IMG/VR virus record: IMGVR_UViG_3300034073_002120
Length of the DNA stretch: 64,000 bases
DNA from: a virus
Lineage: Duplodnaviria > Caudoviricetes
Reading direction: 5' to 3' (one strand)
Position numbers and translations under genes: made by a program. This document shows, one piece after another, positions 18,522 through 27,402 of this stretch (positions are counted from its first letter, which is position 1; the number at the start of each line of letters is the position of its first letter). The notes below the pieces were generated by a model. That model was not told the DNA's origin. It searched no databases and was given only the letters and a program-made list of their open reading frames with translations.

Positions 18522-20618
18522 TTATTTTGAAAGGAACATAGTGTTCATCGTCTTAGTGATTTGTGAAACGTTGGTCACATCGATTGCCTGAGCACCTTTA
18601 CCATACATCTTACGGAATCCTCGACTAACATCAGTTCGTGGCATCTCATCCACAAAGTAAGAAAGAGTTTTAATACCCATGCCTTCAATTTGCTTCACCA
18701 TCTTTTGAGTGTGAGTAAAAGCAGGGTCACCTTGATATTGGAAATTTCTACCGCTGTAGTAAGGTTCACCATCTGAAATGTTTAAGAAGTATGAATCAAC
18801 ATCGTTTGTAGCAGGAACTAACATTTTCATAATTGCTTCGTAACATAATCCTTCCGGAGTAGTTCCTGTTGCATTAAGACCAGGGAATAACTTCTTAACT
18901 TTACTAAACTTATCTACACGAGAATCGTAAGCAATTACCACGTAAGGTTTAGTATTATCAGTAGTTCGGATTGAAACCTGAATTGATAAGTTTTGAATCA
19001 TATCAACTGCCTTACATAAAGCAGTTACATTTGTTAAGGTTTGTTTCCATTTGATTCCACTCATCGAACCACTTGCATCGATTGATAAGTGTAAGTTGGC
19101 TTTCTTATATGAATCAGTTTCAGCGTATTGAAACACATTCTCATTACCAAATCCTAAAGAGGAAATCAAACGTTTATCAATTCGACCATTCTTTTGTCTA
19201 TTGAAGATAGTAGTTCTTGATTCACCACGTACCTGTAATTTCTTACCTAACATAGTTCCGATACGAATACCATCTGCAATTTCCTTCTCATAATGAGTGT
19301 GGAATTTTTTAGTTTTGTAATCAACATAAGTAAGTGGACACATATCAGAATTCATAAGTGATTCCGTCAATTTATTTACCACAATACATTCAATACCTTT
19401 TTGTGGTTTACCCCAACCAGTTGAAACCGCATCACCTACTGATTTCAATTCAGTTCCAGATTCTTCAAGTGAGTTAAGGTCTTGAACCTCTTTACGACTC
19501 ATTGCTTTCTTATTAATCTTACCACGAACGAAATCTTTTTGTTTTTCGATTTTCTTATCTAATAACTTCTTTTGAGTATCGGATAATTCACCATTTGCTG
19601 ATTTAGAGGATTTACTCTTACCCGAATCTTTTGAAGGTTTACCATTATCTGCTGGAGTTTCCATACTCATTGGGCTACCACCCATAGAATCTTCACCACT
19701 ATCACCACCCATTTCAGATGAACCATTCTCATCAGAACCACCTTCACCACCATCACCTTCATCAGAACCCATTTCAGAATTACCTTCCGAACCAGAACCA
19801 CCATTATCACCTTCTTCACCATCAGATGATTGACCTTCACCACTTTGTGATTGTTGTCCTTGTCCTTGTGGAGCAGGAGGTAAGTGATTAAGAATTTCTT
19901 CAAACACTAACATCGCGATATCTAATGTATCTTGAGTGTTTTGTAATCGATTGATACTACCCAATCCGATGATTGAATAAATCTTACGAAGACCACCCAA
20001 TTTAGTTAGGTCAGTATTCTTATTGTGTAAATTGATGATTCGAAACATATAGGCTTCGATTGTTTCATCAGTATATTCATCAGATTTCAACCCCTTATCA
20101 ATTAATGGGTCATTGAAGTATTTATCATACATTGCTCGGTAATATTCTCTATAACCAGGTGCCTGATTAAACACGTACCAATCGATTCGTCTATCTTCAA
20201 CGTAGTTCCAAATATCTTTAATAGTTGAAATTGGATTTAACACACCTTTCATCACCGCAGTATCTTTAAGTGATTGTGGAATCAAAGTTTCTAATCTTTG
20301 TAACAATTCAAAGTTAGATAATTTAATGTGAGAACCTTCGTGTAATGCTAAACCAACCGCGATATCAAAATCTTTTGGGTCAGTAATTGTAGAACCAATA
20401 ACCACCGCTTTACCATCGGTATAAGAATTACCACGTTCAGAAAACTTAACCGGAATTTGTTGGTTTGTTACAATATTTACGAAGTTTGAAATGGCTCTTT
20501 TAGAAGCGGCCAATTTGTAAAGGTCATGAGATTTACGTTCTGATTCATTCATCGTATTAAAAACGATAGTATCATCATCCCAATCTTTCATCCAATAAGA
20601 AGAGTGTACTTTTGTCAT
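18522..20618 (-). CDS. vWA-domain / CobT-like partner of the MoxR ATPase
   Basis: N-terminal HExxH-like LHEGSH, acidic G/S/D/E linker, MIDAS DASGSM...TTPEG...ISDGEP. Confidence 0.88.
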   Translation of the reverse strand: MTKVHSSYWMKDWDDDTIVFNTMNESERKSHDLYKLAASKRAISNFVNIVTNQQIPVKFSERGNSYTDGKAVVIGSTITDPKDFDIAVGLALHEGSHIKLSNFELLQRLETLIPQSLKDTAVMKGVLNPISTIKDIWNYVEDRRIDWYVFNQAPGYREYYRAMYDKYFNDPLIDKGLKSDEYTDETIEAYMFRIINLHNKNTDLTKLGGLRKIYSIIGLGSINRLQNTQDTLDIAMLVFEEILNHLPPAPQGQGQQSQSGEGQSSDGEEGDNGGSGSEGNSEMGSDEGDGGEGGSDENGSSEMGGDSGEDSMGGSPMSMETPADNGKPSKDSGKSKSSKSANGELSDTQKKLLDKKIEKQKDFVRGKINKKAMSRKEVQDLNSLEESGTELKSVGDAVSTGWGKPQKGIECIVVNKLTESLMNSDMCPLTYVDYKTKKFHTHYEKEIADGIRIGTMLGKKLQVRGESRTTIFNRQKNGRIDKRLISSLGFGNENVFQYAETDSYKKANLHLSIDASGSMSGIKWKQTLTNVTALCKAVDMIQNLSIQVSIRTTDNTKPYVVIAYDSRVDKFSKVKKLFPGLNATGTTPEGLCYEAIMKMLVPATNDVDSYFLNISDGEPYYSGRNFQYQGDPAFTHTQKMVKQIEGMGIKTLSYFVDEMPRTDVSRGFRKMYGKGAQAIDVTNVSQITKTMNTMFLSK

Positions 20619-20653
20619 ATTTTTAGAGTTTATCATTATCAATTATTACATAG

Positions 20654-20685
20654 CTAATATACGAATACTTTTCGATATTACCAAA
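20654..20685 (-). promoter_or_regulatory. Bacteroidota-type promoter
   Basis: TTTG-N20-TATATTAG. Confidence 0.78.
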
Positions 20686-20734
20686 TATATTTGAATATTT
20701 TTTTGAATTATTTTTAAGTATCATCATTACAAAG

Positions 20735-20766
20735 CTAATATAGTAAGATTATTCCATATTTCCAAA
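20735..20766 (-). promoter_or_regulatory. Bacteroidota-type promoter (tandem with 20654-20685)
   Basis: TTTG-N20-TATATTAG. Confidence 0.75.
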
Positions 20767-20777
20767 TAATTACCGAC

Positions 20778-20810
20778 AAAAAAATAACCGATTGGAAATC
20801 AATCAGTTAT
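20778..20810 (-). terminator. terminator-like hairpin
   Basis: ATAACTGATTG-ATTTC-CAATCGGTTAT followed by T run. Confidence 0.55.
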
Positions 20811-20949
20811 ATATAATTTTTCTAATATTAGTGTAAATTGTACTATACGAGGAACTTACATCAACTTATTAGGAAAATCCTATTTTTCTTACTTTTTTAC
20901 TATTACATGCCATAATTATAGTAAAATAACACATTAAACAAAAAAATAT

Positions 20950-21075
20950 ATGATTAATTTATTTATAGGACTATTCTTATTATGTTCTACTTTAGGAGCT
21001 GCAATTTCCAAATCTCAAGGTGTTTCAGTAATCAAAAAACCACGTCAACACACCGAACCATTAAAGTTAGATTAA
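20950..21075 (+). CDS. small plus-strand membrane or secreted peptide (41 aa)
   Basis: MINLFIGLFLLCSTLGAAISKSQGVSVIKKPRQHTEPLKLD; A-rich leader; tail-to-tail with the MTase gene. Confidence 0.55.
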   Translation: MINLFIGLFLLCSTLGAAISKSQGVSVIKKPRQHTEPLKLD

Positions 21076-22397
21076 TCTAAATACTTATAATCTGGGTATT
21101 TATCTGATTTTAATTTCTGACGGATTCTTTCATCCGAACATCCAAAATGTTTTCCGGCATCCATTAAGGAATAAAATTCAATTCCTTCGCATTCAATTAC
21201 CGGCAATTCCAATCTAATGTTATTATCCCATAGAGATTGCATTTGGTCATAATTTATATCCCAACTATCTACCTTTTTCCAATGGCGATATTTAGGGTTA
21301 CCGGATTCTATATAATTTCGTGCACGTTGTTCGGTAAAATCACCACCTATTAAATCTGCTATTTGTTTTGGAGTTTCAAATGGAATTCCATCTACTTCAT
21401 AACGAATAGTTGGTTTAGTTTCTTTACCAACAATTTGCCACTCTTTATACTTTGATTTAGTGGATTTACATCTACGCTCCACTTCCGTTGCAACTAATTC
21501 ATTTGGGTCAATTGATATTGCTGCTTCTCTAAATGATTTATATCGAACTCCATCTACTACACATTTATACGTTCCATCCCAATTAATATCTTCGGTTGCC
21601 AAATCTGGATTACCTTTTACAAATACTAATACATTCTGATGAACTGATGCAATCTTTCTATTACGTTCAAAGTATGTTTTGGATATACGAGATGCCTGAT
21701 GTTGTGAGTTAAATAAAATCATATCGTTATAAAAACTAAATCCTATTTCCTCACATCCTAATATAGTTTTAGATATTAGGTTTCGATATTTACCAATCTT
21801 ATAATCACCAGTTTTAGAAACCTCTCTAACCTCTGAAAGAACGATACATATAAATCGGTTTGGTTTTAATTTATTGTAACATTCTGTCAATATACTTGCG
21901 TATTTAGAATCAAAATCACTATCGGACATATTTGATAAATCTTCCTCTTTATCAGAATATATTTCCAAATCATAATAAGGTGGACAAGTAAAAATAAAAT
22001 CATACAATTCATCATGTATTGTTTCCAATACATCTTCACTATCACCAACTATCCAATTTGGTTTATCGGATTGTAATTTATTTGCATTGATTTGGTTTTC
22101 AGATATATCAATACCTGTATATTTGAATCCCATTTCTTCCGCAACAATTCCTCTAACCGAGCCACCTGCAAAAGGGTCTAAAATATTACCACCTTTTGGA
22201 CAGAACCAATCATACATCGTTTCACATAACGTTGCATCAAAAATGGATACAGTTTCTTCCGTATCCCAAAATTTACTTTTAGAAATAGTTTGTTCTCTAC
22301 CTAATTCGGATTTAATTCCATAGGTATTAATCCACCATCGTTTTCTATCTTGCCACTCTTTTGTTCTAGTGTCAAGAATAGAGAAAGGTTTAATCAT
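21072..22397 (-). CDS. amino-DNA methyltransferase with C-terminal NUMOD1-like repeats
   Basis: LDPFAGGS (motif I), FTCPPY (motif IV), three C-terminal xDGxxY/FxS/T repeats; start refined to MIKPF. Confidence 0.8.
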   Translation of the reverse strand: MIKPFSILDTRTKEWQDRKRWWINTYGIKSELGREQTISKSKFWDTEETVSIFDATLCETMYDWFCPKGGNILDPFAGGSVRGIVAEEMGFKYTGIDISENQINANKLQSDKPNWIVGDSEDVLETIHDELYDFIFTCPPYYDLEIYSDKEEDLSNMSDSDFDSKYASILTECYNKLKPNRFICIVLSEVREVSKTGDYKIGKYRNLISKTILGCEEIGFSFYNDMILFNSQHQASRISKTYFERNRKIASVHQNVLVFVKGNPDLATEDINWDGTYKCVVDGVRYKSFREAAISIDPNELVATEVERRCKSTKSKYKEWQIVGKETKPTIRYEVDGIPFETPKQIADLIGGDFTEQRARNYIESGNPKYRHWKKVDSWDINYDQMQSLWDNNIRLELPVIECEGIEFYSLMDAGKHFGCSDERIRQKLKSDKYPDYKYLD

Positions 22398-22566
22398 TCT
22401 TTTTGGATTTGTAATATTCACTTAATTTAGCATCAATATAATCAATAGATTCAGATGAACCATTGAATCCTTCATATTTAGCATAAAATTGAATATTGGT
22501 TGGTGTAGTTTCCAACTCTTTTTGCAACTCCTCAAGTGTTGGGAGTTGTTTTGTAATATAAGTCAT
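22390..22566 (-). CDS. hypothetical protein (58 aa)
   Basis: Manual translation MTYITKQLPTLEEL...; stop overlaps the MTase start. Confidence 0.55.
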   Translation of the reverse strand: MTYITKQLPTLEELQKELETTPTNIQFYAKYEGFNGSSESIDYIDAKLSEYYKSKKND

Positions 22567-22576
22567 AACTTATTTT

Positions 22577-22738
22577 TTAGTAATCATCAGTATCGAACCC
22601 ACTAGAACGTCTTTCTAAATCTTCATATAATGCATCCATTTCTTTTAATACAATTTTGACATCACGCCAATTTTCTTCTTCAATTGCATCTTCTAAAATG
22701 TTACAAAATTTACCTATTAATGTTGTTAAATCATCCAT
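22577..22738 (-). CDS. acidic hypothetical protein (53 aa)
   Basis: Manual translation MDDLTTLIGKF... Confidence 0.55.
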   Translation of the reverse strand: MDDLTTLIGKFCNILEDAIEEENWRDVKIVLKEMDALYEDLERRSSGFDTDDY

Positions 22739-22798
22739 AATAAAATATTCTCTCTTTTTTTATTTTAAAGTTAAATATAAATAAAATAAAAAAACATA

Positions 22799-23641
22799 TT
22801 ATTTTTTCATAGCATGAATTATAGATTCTGCTATATATTGATGTTGTATTAAAGTTGGATGGCCGTTTTGAGTTGCTGGAAATTCGTTTTCAATTCTACG
22901 ATGTGGAAATGTTAATTCCCAATCTCTCCATCTATAATACCATTCATTATCATATCCCTTTAATGGTATTAGTTTAGATTTAATTTCTGGTATAGTTTCT
23001 ATTAGTTTAGAAGTATAAAAATCCCAAGAATCGATTAGATACACATCAGTAATTTTATTCCATTTATTTATGTAATCATTTACAAATATATTCATACTTT
23101 CTAAAAATAGTGGTATGAATTGATTTATAGTATCATCATTAATATTGGTATTCAAATGAATATTTTTATTTTTAACTAACCAATTTAAATGATATGATTC
23201 TTGTTCAGTTAATTGCTGATTATTTAATAGTTTTCTCAAACAATCTAAATATAACATATATGGTCTTACCCCACCCAATTTACAAAAATCACATTTACAA
23301 AATCTACTAAAATGTAAGTTAAATCTATCAAATGTAGTGAATTGATAAATTATAGTTTTTGGATTTTTATCAGAATGTAAATCAAAAAATGTAGGAGATG
23401 CATCAAATCCACCACCATTATAATTTAAAACTAGTTGTTTAGTATTAAAATACTTAGATACTATACCTGCAAATCGATTGGTTTCTCTAAAACAAATTGT
23501 TTCATCTGTTTGTTTAGTTTCTAATTCTAACCAACCATTTTTAAAATTACGTTCATTTACCCAAAAAGGATTGTTAATATATAATTCTAATCCCTCACCC
23601 CAAGTAAAAGAATCACCACCAAAGAATATATAATCATCCAT
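22799..23641 (-). CDS. SGNH-like protein (paralog 5)
   Basis: GGDSFTWGEG...NGHPTLIQH. Confidence 0.7.
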   Translation of the reverse strand: MDDYIFFGGDSFTWGEGLELYINNPFWVNERNFKNGWLELETKQTDETICFRETNRFAGIVSKYFNTKQLVLNYNGGGFDASPTFFDLHSDKNPKTIIYQFTTFDRFNLHFSRFCKCDFCKLGGVRPYMLYLDCLRKLLNNQQLTEQESYHLNWLVKNKNIHLNTNINDDTINQFIPLFLESMNIFVNDYINKWNKITDVYLIDSWDFYTSKLIETIPEIKSKLIPLKGYDNEWYYRWRDWELTFPHRRIENEFPATQNGHPTLIQHQYIAESIIHAMKK

Positions 23642-23642
23642 A

Positions 23643-24533
23643 TTATATAATACTTTTTTGAATCATTTTTTCTATTATAGATTCTGCTATATATTGATGT
23701 TGTATTAAAGTTGGATGACCATTTTTGGTTGCTGGAAATTGATTTACAATTCGTTTGTACTCAAATGATTTTTCCCACATATTCCAATTTGTATAATAAT
23801 TCCCATCAAAGCCTTTTAGTGGAATTATATTATTTCTAATAGCATCAAATTCAGTTAATACATTAGAAGTGTATTCATCCCAACTATCTAAAAAATATAC
23901 TGGTGTTAAAGATGACCAATTTTTTACATATTTTTGTACGAATAATTTTAAATTTTCCAAATAAATTGGTTTAAACATATCATCTATTATTCTAAATATG
24001 ATGTTTAAATCTATATTCTCAAATGGAATATTGTGATTATCTCTAAGATATTCTAATCCAAATTCTTCTACTTTAGTTAATGGAATATTATTTAATTTTT
24101 TATACAAAAAATCAGTATATAAAATCATAGGCTTTTGCATACCAGTGATTTTACAAAATTCACATTCACAATCCATATCTAAATGTAATAACATTCGATT
24201 TAATGTTGTAAATTGATAAATTATTGCTTTTGGATTATTAGGACTTATTTTTTTTAAAGTTTCCTTTATCAGATAAATAGGTGTTTCGAATTGACCACCA
24301 TTAGTCCAGTGAATTTTTGGAATAGTATTAAAATGAGTTGATACTATACCGGCAAATCTATTTTGTTCTCTGAATTGAATTGTTTCGGAATCTTGTTTGT
24401 TTACCAATTCCATCCAACCATTTGAAAACTCTCTTTCAGATTCCCATTTTGGAGTAGGTATATAAAGTTCTAACCCCTCACCCCAAGTAAAAGAATCACC
24501 ACCAAAAATTATAACCTGTTTATTATCTTCCAT
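23643..24533 (-). CDS. SGNH-like protein (paralog 6, tandem duplicate of paralog 5)
   Basis: GGDSFTWGEG...NGHPTLIQH. Confidence 0.7.
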   Translation of the reverse strand: MEDNKQVIIFGGDSFTWGEGLELYIPTPKWESEREFSNGWMELVNKQDSETIQFREQNRFAGIVSTHFNTIPKIHWTNGGQFETPIYLIKETLKKISPNNPKAIIYQFTTLNRMLLHLDMDCECEFCKITGMQKPMILYTDFLYKKLNNIPLTKVEEFGLEYLRDNHNIPFENIDLNIIFRIIDDMFKPIYLENLKLFVQKYVKNWSSLTPVYFLDSWDEYTSNVLTEFDAIRNNIIPLKGFDGNYYTNWNMWEKSFEYKRIVNQFPATKNGHPTLIQHQYIAESIIEKMIQKSII

Positions 24534-24544
24534 TAAATAGGAAC

Positions 24545-24673
24545 TTATCTACCTTGTCCACGATAGTTCTTTTCTTTTCTATCATGTTTGTTAGTAGTTT
24601 TAGCGTGTTTACCACCCTTGCGTTTTCCGAATGTTACTTTTTGTGATTGTGCTGAACCTTTTGCTTTTGCCAT
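24545..24673 (-). CDS. small highly basic peptide (42 aa, ends YRGQGR)
   Basis: Manual translation MAKAKGSAQSQKVTFGKRKGGKHAKTTNKHDRKEKNYRGQGR; start overlaps the upstream stop. Confidence 0.7.
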   Translation of the reverse strand: MAKAKGSAQSQKVTFGKRKGGKHAKTTNKHDRKEKNYRGQGR

Positions 24674-25551
24674 TACTTTTTAACTAACCCTGCAGATTTC
24701 AAAGCTCTCGCGTTCAAAATCCACTTTTTTCCTATCGGGTTGTAGATAGGTTTGTTGAGAAATTGGTCGATTGATTTTTGAATGTTGGCAGCAATAGGTT
24801 TATCATACGTTGAAACCTTACCAGTCTTTTTGTTAGTAGATGTATAAACATTTTTACTATAACTAGTATTATCAACGATAATAAAATTACTTCCAAACAT
24901 ACCTTGAAATGCACCTAAGTTATTTTGACAATCCTTCCAAATTTGTTTTACCAAACTTTCAGGTAGAGTTCTATCTCTTTCTGCATTTCTTTTTAACGCA
25001 ACTTCCAACGAAGTGTTTACGAATACCATAAAACAATCGTATCCTAAACTCTCAGCATGGTCTTTTTTCTTTTTTATTTTTGTAACTTCGTCACCCGTTC
25101 CATCAATAATCATACCCAATCTACCTGCTTCATAAAATGATTGCTGTTGAGTGGTTATGGCTTTTGCTTTATTACGGATTCCATTTGGGTCTTCGGTAAT
25201 CTTTTTCCAAAGTTCGGGGTCTTCCTTTTCGATTTTAGCTAAATCTTTTGGATTGATTCCGTTCTTTTTTAATTGTGATTCGAATGCACTATCTGAATTT
25301 ACTAATTTCAATCCACCTGCAGAAACTGAAGCTATTGTTTTTTGTCCTACACCAAATATTTCATTTGCTATGTAAGATTTACCAGACCCAGGTCCTCCTG
25401 CCATAAATACACATTTTAGGACACCAGGGTCATCAACACCTTCCAATACTAATTGTTCCATAATAGATTCTTTTATTGACATCATCTCTGATTCAATATC
25501 GAACATATTATCAACTACTATTGCTTCTGTGATAATGGATTTTAAACTCAT
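24673..25551 (-). CDS. Zeta-toxin/AAA_33-like P-loop kinase
   Basis: MAGGPGSGKS, VNSD, IIDGTG, VNTSLEVALKRNAERDR. Confidence 0.75.
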   Translation of the reverse strand: MSLKSIITEAIVVDNMFDIESEMMSIKESIMEQLVLEGVDDPGVLKCVFMAGGPGSGKSYIANEIFGVGQKTIASVSAGGLKLVNSDSAFESQLKKNGINPKDLAKIEKEDPELWKKITEDPNGIRNKAKAITTQQQSFYEAGRLGMIIDGTGDEVTKIKKKKDHAESLGYDCFMVFVNTSLEVALKRNAERDRTLPESLVKQIWKDCQNNLGAFQGMFGSNFIIVDNTSYSKNVYTSTNKKTGKVSTYDKPIAANIQKSIDQFLNKPIYNPIGKKWILNARALKSAGLVKK

Positions 25552-25560
25552 CGATTCTCC

Positions 25561-25854
25561 TTACTTCTTAGCAGATGTTTTTTTAGTTTTTGGTTTTGCA
25601 GAAATTTTCTCTGCTTCTACTGCAACTTTCTTAGCTGTTTTTTCTACAACCTTTACTGCCTTAGTAACATCATCAGTAAGTTTTTTAGCCTTAGCTTTTA
25701 CTACCTTAGTTTGTTCCTTAATTTCTTCGATTTTTTCTTCAACTACATCTGGAATGTTGTTGTTGTTTTCATCTTTGATTTTACCTTTTGTAATCAAATA
25801 AGTTACTCCACCGACTACTGCCAATAAAATAACTACAATTGCTAATGTGCTCAT
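25561..25854 (-). CDS. N-terminally anchored Lys-rich membrane protein
   Basis: TM segment, then K/E/A-rich tail. Confidence 0.7.
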   Translation of the reverse strand: MSTLAIVVILLAVVGGVTYLITKGKIKDENNNNIPDVVEEKIEEIKEQTKVVKAKAKKLTDDVTKAVKVVEKTAKKVAVEAEKISAKPKTKKTSAKK

Positions 25855-25904
25855 AATTGTTTTGTTTGTGTTTGTTAATAAATATATATAAAAAAATTAA
25901 AAAA

Positions 25905-26171
25905 TTAATCTTCACCATATAAAGACCATTTTTTCTCTGGTTCTGGTTGAATTACTTTTTCCTCGGTATCTACTATATAAGTAATACCTTCTCTCGCATC
26001 CATATAGAATTGAGTTTTCCCATTTTTCTGATACACATATTCCAACACTTCGGTAAGGGATTGTAATATAATAGTAGGATTGTCCAAAGGTGCCCACTTA
26101 TCTCCTGGTGGGACACGTTTGGCAACCTTTATCTTAACCTCTTCTTTTACGATTTCAGGTTCTTTACTCAT
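25905..26171 (-). CDS. hypothetical protein
   Basis: ORF. Confidence 0.7.
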   Translation of the reverse strand: MSKEPEIVKEEVKIKVAKRVPPGDKWAPLDNPTIILQSLTEVLEYVYQKNGKTQFYMDAREGITYIVDTEEKVIQPEPEKKWSLYGED

Positions 26172-26173
26172 AA

Positions 26174-26386
26174 TTATTCGATTACTCTAATAACACGTGA
26201 TTCCTTTGCACCACTTACTTTGTAATCAATTTGAACTTTAGCATCGGTAAAATCTTTTACAACTCTTGCTTCTGCTTCGGTTACTGATTGTGCATCTACT
26301 AAGTAGATTTCTTTGTTTTTCTTGTCTTTACCATTTTTTTGGGTTGCAACTACAACCTCTACGGTCACTTCAAAATACTTGCTCAT
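26174..26386 (-). CDS. DUF4494-like protein (Bacteroidota family)
   Basis: YFEVTV...EIYLVDAQSVTEAEARV pattern, from recall. Confidence 0.7.
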   Translation of the reverse strand: MSKYFEVTVEVVVATQKNGKDKKNKEIYLVDAQSVTEAEARVVKDFTDAKVQIDYKVSGAKESRVIRVIE

Positions 26387-26418
26387 AACGTTTTTGTTTA
26401 AATTATTAATTATAGATA

Positions 26419-26450
26419 CAAAGATACGAAACTTTTATCAATTTTCCAAA
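26419..26450 (-). promoter_or_regulatory. Bacteroidota-type promoter (canonical)
   Basis: TTTG-N20-TATCTTTG. Confidence 0.85.
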
Positions 26451-26461
26451 TCTTTTTTTGA

Positions 26462-26776
26462 TTATTTTTTTTTCCATTCTAATCCATAAAATCCATAGTT
26501 TAGATTTATAGATATTTTATCGTTCATTTCAATAGCTTCATCTTCATCTCTATATATTGCATCAACTGGACATTCTGGTACACATGCTCCACATAAAATA
26601 CACTCATCGGGATTTATATATAGTTGTTTACCTATCTTTTCTTCTTCGGATAAATGTATAACGGATACTCCTGCATCATCAATATGTATTGGACCATTGA
26701 TACAATCTACTGGACAAACCGTCAGACATGCACCATCAATACATCCTATACATTTATTTCCTATAATAAAACTCAT
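26462..26776 (-). CDS. dicluster (7Fe/8Fe-type) ferredoxin
   Basis: CIGCIDGACLTVCPVDCI and CILCGACVPECPVDAI. Confidence 0.9.
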   Translation of the reverse strand: MSFIIGNKCIGCIDGACLTVCPVDCINGPIHIDDAGVSVIHLSEEEKIGKQLYINPDECILCGACVPECPVDAIYRDEDEAIEMNDKISINLNYGFYGLEWKKK

Positions 26777-27339
26777 TAGTATTCGTATTCTTTTTTAGGA
26801 CCGGTTAAATTTCCGTTTAATAAGAATGAGCAATTGAAACATAACATTCTTAGATTATCATATTTGTGATTACATCTATTACCATCGTGAAAATCTAATA
26901 TCAAAGGAACTTTACCATCGGTAATTCTTTTTTCTTCGAATCCACAATTATTACATTTTTCAAGCATGTAACCATTTAATAATAATCTTTGTTTTAATTT
27001 CCAAATTGGATAATCTGGGTATTTACCTGCAAGAATATCATCTAATGAAAATTTACCTCGTTTGATATTATATCCTTTACGAATACCTTTACCATCTGGG
27101 TTCTTTAAATCTTCAAAGATGTTATATTGACGTGCGTATTTTTTATAGGTATTATACGATATACCCAACAATCTAGCTGCTTCCATTGCGGAACGTGCTT
27201 TCTTTTGTGCATCTCTGATTTCAGATTCTAATATTGGTTTTGCACCCAATCCCCTTTTCATTCTTCGATTCTTACCAGCAAGAGTTAAATCTTTGGTAGG
27301 GTCAAAGTTTGGGAAAAACTTTTCTTCATTATTTTCCAT
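26776..27339 (-). CDS. HTH + degenerate HNH/Zn-finger protein
   Basis: SAMEAARLLGISYNTYKKY HTH; CNNC...LDFHDGNRCNHKYDNLRMLCFNC. Confidence 0.7.
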   Translation of the reverse strand: MENNEEKFFPNFDPTKDLTLAGKNRRMKRGLGAKPILESEIRDAQKKARSAMEAARLLGISYNTYKKYARQYNIFEDLKNPDGKGIRKGYNIKRGKFSLDDILAGKYPDYPIWKLKQRLLLNGYMLEKCNNCGFEEKRITDGKVPLILDFHDGNRCNHKYDNLRMLCFNCSFLLNGNLTGPKKEYEY

Positions 27340-27402
27340 AGTAACTTATTTTATTATAAGTATGGTACTATTAAATTTTTATATAAAAATATGGAAAATA
27401 TA

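Noticed and set aside
19667-19903. Alternative-frame ORF in the vWA linker
   Set aside because: Artefact of the GGT/GAT/TCA-rich low-complexity linker
20624-20728. ~34-aa ORF between the tandem promoters
   Set aside because: It is mostly made of the second promoter and leader sequence; probably chance
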